NCBI RefSeq assembly: GCF_044704955.1
Contig: NC_091993.1
Location: 117,242,001-117,306,000, forward strand
DNA length: 64,000 nt
Direction: 5' to 3'
From: Pristiophorus japonicus
Lineage: Eukaryota
Shown: one piece after another, positions 11,501-23,500 of the stretch
Numbering within the stretch: position 1 is the first letter of the stretch
Layout of the letters: each line of letters starts with the position of its first letter
Program-made: the position numbers and the translations under genes
Notes under the pieces: model-generated
Database searches by the model: none
Told to the model about the DNA's origin: nothing
What the model saw: the letters and a program-made list of their open reading frames with translations, nothing else

Positions 11501-14500
11501 CAAACAGCAAACACAACAATAAGGGCTCCCAGCACACTGAGCACAATGTAAACCAGGCTGTGGTACAGAGAAGAGGAAAGGGTCAGCGTTGGTTCTCAAT
11601 TGGTCCTTGGCTATTTTCTTTTAAAGAAAAACTTGCATTTCTATAGCGCCTTTTACAGCCTGGGGACATCCCAAAGCGCTTTGCAGGCATGAAGTACTTT
11701 TGAATGTACTGCCGTAATGTGGGAAACGAGGCAGCCAATTTGCGCACAGCAAGCTCCCACAAACAGCAATGTGATAATGAATAGATAATCTGTTTTTTAC
11801 TGGTATTGGTTAAGGAATAAATATTGGCCATGCCTCTAGGGAGAACTCACTGCTCTTCTTCAAATATTGCCATGGGATCTGTTACAGCCACCTGACAGGG
11901 CAGATGGACCCTTGATTTAATGTCACATTTAAAAAAAATTTGTTCCTGAGATGTGGGCATCGCTGGCATGGCCAGCATTTATTGCTCATCCCTAATTGCC
12001 CTCGAGGAGGTGGTGGTGAGCTGCCTTCTTGAACTGCTGCAATCCGTGAGGTGAAGGTATTCCCACAGTGCTGGTGGGAGCGAGTTCCAGGACTTTGACC
12101 CAGCGACGATAAAGTAACGGCAATATATTTCCAAGTCAGGGTGGTGTGTGACTTGCAGGGGAACTCGGAGGCGATGGTGTTCCCACGCGCCTGCTGCCCT
12201 TGTCCTTCCAGGTGATGGAGGTCACGGGTTTGGGAAGTGCTGCCGAAGAAGACCTGAAAGACGGCACCTCCGACAGTGCAGCACTCACTCAGTACTGCAC
12301 TGGAACGTCATCCTAGATATTGCGCTCAAGTCTCTGGACTGGGACGTGAACCACAACCTTCTGACTTCGAAGGTGAAAACAACAAAAGAATACCTGGTGA
12401 TACCTGACAATATAGAAGCAACAACAGTTTGATGCACTATCTGGATTTTATAGTCAGATGATCTTCATAGTCAAATTTATATAACAACAGATACAGGGAT
12501 ATATCCTAAAATAAAATGCAAAGATTTTCAATATTTGTTACATGATTAACATTTATCTGGCATATGCAGGAAATCTGAAAGAAAAACAGAAGTTTCTGGA
12601 AACACTCAGCAGGTCAGTCGGCAGCTGTGCGATATCTTTAGAATCTGGTGTGAACTAGAATTCTGAGGAAGTGTCTGCACCTGAACCATAAATGTGTCTG
12701 TTTTCTCCACAGACCGGTCTTGTGTTTCCAGCAGTCACTACTTTAGTTTGACATTTAGTTGGTGTTTTCTCCTTATTCCCATTGCAACTTCAAAGACCCA
12801 ATTCCTTAGTGTTCACATTGAACTACAATTTCTGCTGCTTGTTGCCTACATCTCGGGCTAATAATACGGAAATCCATTACATTAATTGAGTATTTACATC
12901 CCAAGCACATTGGGTGAAATATATAGCCACAGAATAGGAATTGGAGAAAACCTCCTCCAAGCCCTGACTTAAAACGGCATCACTAAACACAAGTCCCTGC
13001 CATCAACATCCTAGGGGTCACTGTTGACCAGAAGCTTAACTGGACCAGCCACGCCAACATTATGGCTACAACAGCAGGCAAGAAGCTGGGTGCTCTGCAA
13101 CGAGTGGCTCACCCTCTGATCACTCCGAGCCTCTCCATCATCTGCAGTGCTCAAGCCTGGAGTGTGATGGGAGTACTCACCTTGGATGGGTGCAGCTGTA
13201 ATAACACTGAGGTTCACCACTATTTAAGACAAAGCAGTGCATATGATCAGTGCCCCTGCTGCTGAGCTCAATATCCATCCCCTCCACCACTGGCGCATGG
13301 TGGCTACAGTACATACCATCTACAGGACACACTGCAGCAACACCCACATCCTGAGAATCTATTAAATCAACTTGCCCAGCTTAACTTAAAATCACCTCTG
13401 AGCCCAATGGTCTGTACCATCAAGGCAAGCAACGTCATGCGAACACCATCTCCCTTAAGTTACACACGGTTCTGGCCAGGACACCGGGATAACTCTCTTG
13501 CTCTTCTTTGAAATAATGCAATGGGATTTTTTACGTCAGCAGATGGGACCATGATTTAATGCCTCATCCAAAAGACAGCTCCTCCAACAGTGCAGTGATC
13601 CCTCAGTGCTGCACTGGAGTGTCAGTCTAGAATTTTGTGCTCAAGTCTTGGGCGTGGGACCTGAATCAGAGGTGAGAGTGCTAATCTCTGAGACACAATC
13701 GACAAAATTGGTAAATTGGTTGAGGCTTTGAAGAAGTACAAGAGCTTCTGAGCCTTATGCGAGTAATGCACAACAGCTGAGTTACTTTGAGGCTTGAGCT
13801 AGATTTACGTCTTGCATATGAAATCTGGCAGCTACATTAAAATACACTGTGAATAGAATTCCTTACCAAATACAACAAATTGTTTGGCCACCATTTTAAG
13901 TGAGCTAAGCCTGCCCTAATGTAAAATAAACATGTGCCCATCAGCAGCATTTTGAGGTGTTGGCAGCATAATTCACTCTGTAACTTATTAATCAATTCGA
14001 GAAATTGGCAGAGCAGAACAATTAATTAAATTAATATTTATTTTTATGACTTGTAAAACATAAGAATCTTGAGTGTCATAACATCAAAAGACTACATTGG
14101 GGAGGGGAAAATGCTGTTTCTTTATTGTTGCTAGGTCAAAATCATGGAATTTCTTACTTAACACCATTGATCAGCAGATCAAGAAGGTGGACCAGCATCA
14201 CCTTCTCAGAGCAACTAGTGACAGGCAATAAATGTGATCTTGTCAGCATTGCCCACCTCCCTAGAACAAATTTTAAGAGAAGAAACTTCCTGCAGTTGTA
14301 GTGAGCGACACTGAGAATTGGACCAAAGCTGAAGATGTTGCTCACTGGTGATATCAAGGGCTGTGCAGATATATTGCTGCTATTGCTCACTTTCACCAAC
14401 AGAAACTTTACTGTCAGCCCCACACCAGAACAGATATCGGCAAGGTAAGTTTGATAAGTGCAACTCATCATACACCATGAGAGTAGGTTAGTGGTGAAGT

Positions 14501-17500
14501 AATCATGGTGAATAATGCAAAGAGCACCGTCTGAGGGGCGGCAAAATGGAGGTTCCCAATACTCATTCTTATTTCCTACCAACAAAGACAGCACCTTCAT
14601 TAGGAGCTAACACAGCAGCATGTGTAAACCCAGCCACCATTCCAAAATAATAAATGATTATCATCCCTTATGTCAAAATGATTAAAGAATATTTAATCTC
14701 TCAGGTGGAAGCAATGTCGGTCAAAACATCAGTAATGAGAACATTGTACCTTTTCGGCGCTTTGGATCTTGAAGATGGTTTTCGTTTATCACTGGAAATT
14801 ATATTTGTACTTGTTGGTGATACTGTTGTAAAAACTTCACAAGAATATTCAGGTCCTATTGAAACAAGGGAACAAAATTCAGATTCACCTCATTTTTACT
14901 TGTAGTCAACCAAGAGAGCACGATTGTCAAATGGAACCTCACTATTTGAGTAAAAGCCTGGTTGACATAATGGATTTGGATAATTTAATTTCTGTGTAAT
15001 TTTCCCCTCTCTGGTAGCAAGGGGAGATGCTGCTGACATCTGGCCATGGCCCATTGTTACTGATAATTTTTGTTTTTTTCCCGTATCTGAGAATTGGTGG
15101 TACAGAGTTATTATTGTGGCAGACAGCCATGGCTCAGTGGGTAGCACCCTTCCCTCTGAGTCAGAAAGTTGTGGGTTCAAATCCCACTCCAGAGGCTTGA
15201 GCACAAAAATCGCGGCTGACACTCCAGTGCAGTGCTGAGGGAATGCTGCACTGTTGGATGTGCTGCCTTTCAGATGAGACATTAAACCAATGCCTTGCTG
15301 CTCTCTCAGGTGGACATAAAAGACCCCATGGCACTAAAATTATTATAACATTGCTGTTTGTGGGAGCTTGCTGTGAGAAAATTGGCTGCTGCGTTACTGC
15401 CATTACAACAGTGAATACACTTAAAAAAATGTTCTTAATTGGCTCTAAGGTTCTTTGGGACATCCAGTGGTCGTGAAGGGTGCTATATAAATGCAAGTCT
15501 TTGTTTTTAAAGGGCTCAGGATGGTGGACTACAAAGCAGGTATGCCCATTTATGCCCCATGCATACGTATGGGAAAGTCCCAGCCAGAGAGCCAGCCTCA
15601 GCCACCGGATAATGTATTTCTGGGGGCCAAGCAAGCATAATTCTGTCCCGGAGAGTGTCCTCAGTGGCAAAGTCGCAGCAGCAGTGTGTAAAGGAATGTC
15701 ACATGAATACATTAAACAGTCGCCTGCCAATATTGGTAATGGTCATTTCCTGCCTCCAGGGACTGGTTTTCTGAGCTTGCAGTGGAGACAGAATGCTGGC
15801 GGAGAGGCCCCCCATCACCACTGAGCATTCAGATAATTGGCTCTGGTCAGTTGTAAGTAAATAATTTGTTTCGAAATGTAAGAAATAACTCGCATTGGTA
15901 CGGTACCTTTCACTTTCTCAGGATGTTCCAAAGTGCTAAACGGCCAATGAAGTACTTTGTTGAAGTGTAGGAGTGTAGGTTGTAATGCAGGGAAATGCAG
16001 AAGCTAATTTGCACACAGCAATGTCCCACAAACAGCAATAAGATAAATCACCAGATAATCTGATTCTTGGTGATGTTGGTTGAAGGATGAACGCTACTAG
16101 GACATCTGGAGAACTTCCCTATCCTTCTTTCACTAGTGCTATGGGATCTTTTGCATCTACCTGAGGGGGCAGATAGGTCCTCAACATCAAGTCCCGCCTA
16201 GAGAACAGCATCTCCAACAGTGAAGCACTAGCTCAGTGCTGGGACAGTGGTTTCTGCCTGAATTATATTTATGGAACATGCCTTGAACCCACAATCTACC
16301 TGTATCAGAGGCAAGAGTGCTACTAATTGAGCCACTACTGACACGTACAGCACAAATGCAGTTTACAGGTGAGATTTCGACCTGCTGCTGACATCCTTCT
16401 TCTCTGACCGCTAAAGCAAGTGAACACATTAGTATATGGCCAGAGTCAATATTTGCATTTGTTAATTTATATGAATAATTGCTTAGGAGAAAATGCATTT
16501 ATTTCTATTTTCTGACCGTTTTGTTGTTTCTCAGCGCAGCCACTGGTGAACATATTGCTTCCCGCTCTGCGAACAATTAAACCGCTACATTTGAATAGGC
16601 TAAAGTCCTCCTTAATTCAGTACCATGGTCATGGTTTTACAGTGAGTGAGTAATTCCGTTTTTAGCTATTGAGGGATCCAAATGGAGTGAATTTGGCCAG
16701 TTGCAGTTGCTCAGTGACTGAAGGAACTTAACCAGCGACCAGTTAAGAAACATAGCAACATAGAAAATAGTTGCAGGAGTAGGCCATTCGGCCCTTCGAG
16801 CCTGCACCACCATTCAATAAGATCGTGGCTGATCATTCACCTCAGTACCCCTTTCCCACTTTCTCTCCATACCCCTTGATCCTTTTAGCCGCAAGGGCCA
16901 TATCTAACTCCTTTTTGAATATATCTAATGAACTGGCATCAACAACTTTTTGCGGTAGGGAATTCCACAGGTTAACAACTCTCTGAGTGAAGAAGTTTCT
17001 CCTCATCTCAGTCCTAAATGGCTTACCCCTGATCCTTAGATTATGTCCCCTGGTTCTGGACTTCCCCAACATCGGGAACATTCTTCCTGCATCTAACCTG
17101 TCCAGTCCCTTCAGAATTTTATATGTTTCTATGAGCTCCCCTTTCATCCTTCTAAACTCCAGTGAATACAGGGCCAGTCGATCCAGTCTCTCCTCATATG
17201 TCAGTCCTGCCATCCCGGGAATCAGTCTGGTGAACCTTCGCTGCACTCCCTCAATAGCAAGAACATCCTTCCTCAGATTAGGAGACCAAAACTGAATACA
17301 GTATTCCAGGTGAGGCCTCATTAAGACCCTGTACAATTGCAGTAAGACCTCCCTGATCCTATACTCAAATCCCCTAGCTATGAAGGCCAACATACCATTT
17401 GCCTTCTTCACCGCCTGCTGTACCTACATGCCAACTTTCAATGACTGATGTTCCATGACACCCAGGTCTCGTTGCACCTCTCCTTTTCCTAATCTGCCTC

Positions 17501-20500
17501 CATTCAGATAATATTCTCCCTTCGTGTTTTTGCCACCAAAGTGGATAATCTCACATTTATCCTCATTATACTGCAACTGCCATGCGATTGCCCACTCACC
17601 TAACCTGTGCAAGTCACCCTGCATCCTTTTAGCGTCTTCCTCACAGCTCACACCACCACCCAGCTTAGTATCATCTGGAAACTTGGAGATATTACACTCA
17701 ATTCCCTCATCTAAATCGTTATGTACATTGTAAAGAGCTGAGGTCCCAGCACTGAGCCTGTAGCACCCCACTAGTCACTGCCTGCCATTCTGAAAAGGAC
17801 CCGTTTATCCCGACCTCTGCTTGCTGTCTACCAACCAGTTCTCTATCCACGCCATACATTACCCCCAATACCATGTGCTTTAATTTTGCACACTAATCTC
17901 CTGTGTGAGACCTTGTCAAAAGCCTTTTGAAAGTTCAAATACACCACATCCACTGGTTCTCCCTTGTCCACGCTACCAGTTACATCCTCAAAAAATTCTA
18001 GAAGTTTTTTCAAGCAGGATTTCCCTTTCATAAATCCATGCTGACTTGGACCGATCCCGTCACTGCGTTCTAAATGTGCTGCTGTTACATCTTTAGTAAT
18101 TGATTCCAACATTTTCCCCACTACCGATGGCAGGCTAACCGATCTATAATTACCTGTTTTCTCGCTCCCTCCCTTCTTAAAAAGTGGTGTTACATTAGCT
18201 GCCCTCCAGTCCATAGGAACTGATCCAGAATTGATAGACTGTTGGAAAATGATCACTAATGAATCTATTATTTCTAGGGGTATTTCCTCAAATACTCTGG
18301 GATGCAGACCATTAGGCCCCGGGGATGTATCATCCTTCAATCCCATCAATTTCCCTAACACAATTTCCCACCGAATAAGGATTTCCTTCAGTTCCTCCTT
18401 CTCACTAGTCCCTCGGTCCCCTAATATTTCCGGAAGGTTATTTGTGTCTTCCTTCGTGAAGACAGAACCAAAGTATTTGTTTAACTGGTCCGCCATTTCT
18501 TTGTTCCCCATTATAAATTCACCTGAATCTGACTGCAAGGGACCTACGTTTGTCTTCACTAATCTTTTTCTCTTCACATATCTATAGAAACTTTTGCAGT
18601 CAGTTTTTATGTTCCCAGCAAGCTTCCTCTCATACTTTATTTTCCCCCTCCGAATTAAACCCTTCACCTCCTCTGCTTTATTATAAAGTTCTCTCAGTCC
18701 TCAGGTTTGCTGCTTTTTCTGGTCAATTTATATGCCTCTTCCTTGGATGTAACACTATCCTTAATTTCCCTTGTTATCCACGGTTGAGCCACCTTTCTAA
18801 TTTTAATTTTACTCCAGACAGGGATGTGCAATTGTTGAAGTTCATCCATGTGATCTTTAAATGTTTGCCATTGCCTATCCACCGTCAACCCTTTAAGTAT
18901 TACTCGCCAATCTATTCTAGCCAATTCACGTCTCATACCATCGAAGTTACCTTTCCTTAAGTTCAGGACCCTGAATTAACTTGTGTCGCTCTCCATCTTG
19001 AAAAAGAATTCTACCATATTATGGTCACTCTTCACCAAGGGGCCTCGCACAACAAGATTGCTAATTAGCCCTTTCTCATTACACATCACCCAGTCTAGGA
19101 TGGCCAGCCTTCTAGTTGGTTACTCGACATATTGGTCTAGAAAACCATCCCTAATACACTCCAGGAAATTCTCCTCCACCGTATTGTTACCATTTTGGTT
19201 AGCCCAATCAATATGTAGATTAAAATCGCCCATGATAACTGCTGTATCTTTATTGCACGCATCCCTAATTTCTTGTTTGATGCTGTTCCCAACCTTATTA
19301 CTACTGTTTGGTGGGCTGTACACAAATCCCACTACCGTTTTCTGCCCTTTGGTAGTCCGTAACTCCACCCGTACCGATTCCACATCATCCAAGCTAATGT
19401 CCTTACTTACTATTGCAATAATTAGTTTGGATAGACATTTATTTTGAAAATTCATTGATCATATTGTTTGTTTAAAGTAACACTTATCAATAATTGACTA
19501 CATTGTTCTTTCGAAGTAACACTTACCAATGCCACTGATTTGTGTCACATAACTGCAGTGCTTCCCTGCTCTGTTGAAGACTGACACATCGACCTTTTCA
19601 CTGGATTTCTCTCCCTGATTATTTGAGGCTGTGCAGTAATATTGATGATGTTGCTGTTTGAAGGATTGACAATGTAGATCCAATTTATTGGTGTCAGAGA
19701 TCTTTGAACCTTTAGTCGGGGTCTGTTCATACCATGTGTACTGAATGGGTAGGGATCCCTGGACAGACTCACAGAAAACTGACACCAAGCCCCCAGAACA
19801 TGAGACATTTGGTGGCGATAAATATCTAACTACAGGAACTGAGACGGTTTCTGTGGGAAAGAAACAAACATTCAGATACTGACTGAACATTTAAAAATCA
19901 AACACTCTCCAATTTTCAGCACTTCTGCATCTCAGCCAGGGCCTGCCATGTTGGAATCTCACCAGCACATCTCCCTCTCCATGTCTCTCCATCCTCCCAG
20001 CAGCCTGAACTACCATGTCTGCCATTATATCAGAACATAGCAGGGCTCCAGATCGGGTCAGCAGCAATGATACTGAGGATGTGTCAATGTGAAAATCAGG
20101 GAGAACAATTTCTCTCAGTAGCAGGTAGCCAGCCTGCATTGCTGTTTCGTTGTTTGACTCTCGAATGTGAACGAGTTGGGGAGAGTCCGAGAAAACTACA
20201 GCAGAATAGGAGGGAAAAAAACTGGCAGATATCTGTTACATGTTTTGTGGGTCTAGATCACTTTTCTACTCATGCGCTCAGATCCATTGAAAAATGAACA
20301 CGTTCTGAACATAAGAAAGGGAGTAGGCCATTCAGCCCCTCGAGCCTGTTCTGCCATTCAATTAGATCTCGACTGATCTATATCTTAACTCCATCGACCC
20401 GTCTTGGTTCTGTAACCCTTAATACCCTTGCTTAAATCTGTCAATCTCAGTTTTGACATTTTCAATTGCTCCCCAGTCTCAACAGCTTTTTGTGGTAGAT

Positions 20501-23500
20501 TTCCATGAGCCTTCATTTGAAAATGTGTTTCCTGACGTTACCCTCAAGATGCGCTTCAGTTGCCTGGACAGATCTGGAGGTGCCCTTCAGTGCTCACCAG
20601 CCTGGGCCTACAGAATGATGGTGGTTTGCTGCGCTCTGCACAACACTGCGCAGCAGCGAGATTGGAGCTGCAGGAGGGACAAGGAGCTGAGCACACGTTG
20701 TCTGCGGACCATTCCGAGACAGAGGAGGAAGATAAGAGGAAAAGGAGCAGGAAGAGGAGGAGGGGATTGCGACCCTAACGAAGCACCAGTCACTCACATT
20801 GTTGCCCGCGATGCCAGCGTTTCCCTTATAGCTGTAAGGTTCAGTCTGTTACCAGCACTGGGCTGATGTAACAACCACATCCAATGCTGCTCTCAATTGC
20901 CTATCTCCTACCCTGCCCCCCCCCCGCACCCACCCCCGCACCAATCCCACTGACACAAAGCAGACCTGCTACCCACCAACCACCCATTGCTCCCCATCAA
21001 TTCATGTCTTCCCATTCATTACCGAGCAACTGAAAAGGCCAGTTGCCACCCAGCAACCAAAAATGGGGAGGGAAAGTGATGCAAAGTAATATATTTTATG
21101 TAATTCTGCCAAAGAACAGAAAATTAACAACATAACAATTACTCAAACACACACGTGGATACACTTCTGCAATTACACAGCTTTACTCTGCCTTTTCCGA
21201 CCGCTCCTATGTGGTGCAACATTTATGACTTCAGCAGAGGTAGAGGTAGGCTGCTCAGATCCCTGCTCTGACTGTTGAGAAGCACTTGGTCGATGACCTC
21301 TGGGTTTGTAGCCCATGAGGGCTCAGCCAAAGTCTGCTCCACCCGCAGTAGATTTGATAAGACAGGGTGAGGGGGTGGTTTATATGTACAATGGGTAGTA
21401 GGTGAATGAGCAGCTGTACTCACCTTTCCTAAACTGGTTTGGTCATTAAAGAGCTTCTTGGTGTTAGCAGCAGTAGCGTTGTGAAAGTGGGGCGCAGGCT
21501 TTGAGCGTCGTGAGTCTATCTTCTACGATTGCTGTCTATGTTCCCAACCTCCCAACTCCTAGAATTCCATCTTTGGATTGGTCCTTTAAATACTTGAGTT
21601 AAGATTACATCATGCATGTCTGCACCACTCCCACTACCGCACATACGATGCAAAACCCGGGAGTAAATTATTATCGGCCGGCTGCGTAAAAATGCCACAG
21701 ACAGACGCACTGTCCAGAACCAGGGGACACAGTCTTAGGATAAGGGGTAGGCCATTTAGGACTGAGATGAGGAGAAACTTCTTCACTCAGAGAGTTGTTA
21801 ACTTGCGGAACTCCCTACCACAGAGAGTTGTTGATGCCAGTTCATTGGATATATTCAAGAGGGAGTTAGATATGGCCCTTACGGCTAAGGGGATCAAGGG
21901 GTATGGAGAGAAAGCAGGAAAGGGTACTGAGGGAATGATCAGCCATGATCTTACTGAATGGTGGTGCAGGCTCGAAGGGCTGAATGGCCTACACTTGCAC
22001 CTATTTTCTATGTTTCTATGTAATTACTTCCGGGTTTCCCAGGCGATATTGGATCCCCTGCACCGAACATGTCTCGAAGTTAATATCCAGACCATTGCAT
22101 CTTATAGTTGATCCATCAGGAGGTTATGCTGGGGAGAAAGATAATGTCTCAGCATTTAATAAAGAGGCTTCTTTTACCATCAAAACAGTGACCAGCTTTT
22201 CAATTTTCTTTTATATTGTTTGTAAAGTTGACCAATTAACTCATTGATAATGTGAGCCATCCATCATATCAGGAAACCTACAAAATTTGTTCAGCTCTGT
22301 GGATTGCAGGTATTTTTTATTCATTTCAAAGAATTTATACCATTAGTAACGACTTGCTGCTCACTGCTTTTGTTATTGTCTGACTATTAGTTTCAGTCTG
22401 AAGGCAAACCTCTGACAGTGGGACATTTAATACAGCTCAGAGACAGGGACATGTGGTGAGCCTCCTAGGTGATGTCTGGCACAACACCCTGTAGTTAAAG
22501 GAATTGTTGGTCCCATAATACTTGAAATTCCTGGTCGGGAAGTTGGGCAGGCCACGGATTGGGAGTGTGCACCATGAGTCGGATTTCCCCACCTCTGCCC
22601 ACTACCTGTGAGACTCTGCACTGCTGCGGAGCCTCGGGATATCGGAGCTCTCATGTTTCCTCCCAGATACAACATTGATCAGACAGTTCAGCAGAGAGTA
22701 ATAAAGCACATCGCTGAGAAACGTACCGTCAGATATTTGTAGCTTTACAGAAAACCTTGTATCAATGCCAGATTGTGAAATACCACAGCTGTACCGTCCT
22801 TCATCTTCTGAGCGAAGGTCCTTCATCGTAACAACAAATATTCCTGCTGTCTGGTTATCTGTGATTGACACTCTTCCTTGCCGTCCATTTGGGTCATTTG
22901 ATTTTACTAAATATGTACAACTGATAGTTGTTCCATCACACCAATATTTCACATGTGACCGGTACCCATGGTCATAGTGACATTCTATGGAGATCGCTCT
23001 TCCCACAATTCCTCTTACTTTATTTTTTGCCCACAATGCACCTGAAACTGAGGAGACAACATTTCAGAAATTGAACAGGAAATAACTGCTCAATACAAAC
23101 AGCTCCATTTTAATAAGTGTTACCACACTGTACAGAGGAATCTCTCCACTACATCAATTAATACAGTTGAGTTCCTTCTAATTTGTGATGAAAGAAAACA
23201 TTAATGCAGTGCCTGATCACATTCTCAGGATGTGCCAAAGCACTTCACAGCCAACGATTAACTTTTGAAGTACAGTCACTGTTGTTAATGTGCCAGATGT
23301 GGTTCAGTGTTCGCACTTTCGGCTCCAAGTCAGTAGATTGTGTATTCAAGTTCCAGCCCAGGGACCCGAGCATAAAATCTCGGCTGACATTCCACTGTTG
23401 GAGGTGCTGTCTTTCAGATGAGATATTATACTGAGACAGGGTCGGTCCTGTCAGGTTGTTGTAAAAGTTCCCATGGTACTATTTTGAAGAAGAGCAGGGG

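Noticed and set aside
15129-15200. tRNA gene
   Set aside because: The A/B boxes belong to the tRNA-derived head of a SINE that continues into the SINE body.
22727-23047. Rearranging Ig/TCR V segment
   Set aside because: The exon encodes a full V domain including the G strand and ends in a splice donor; no RSS heptamer/nonamer seen.
23041-23050. Tandem acceptor CAGTTTCAG at the V exon
   Set aside because: Would only shorten the signal peptide end by two residues; little functional consequence expected.
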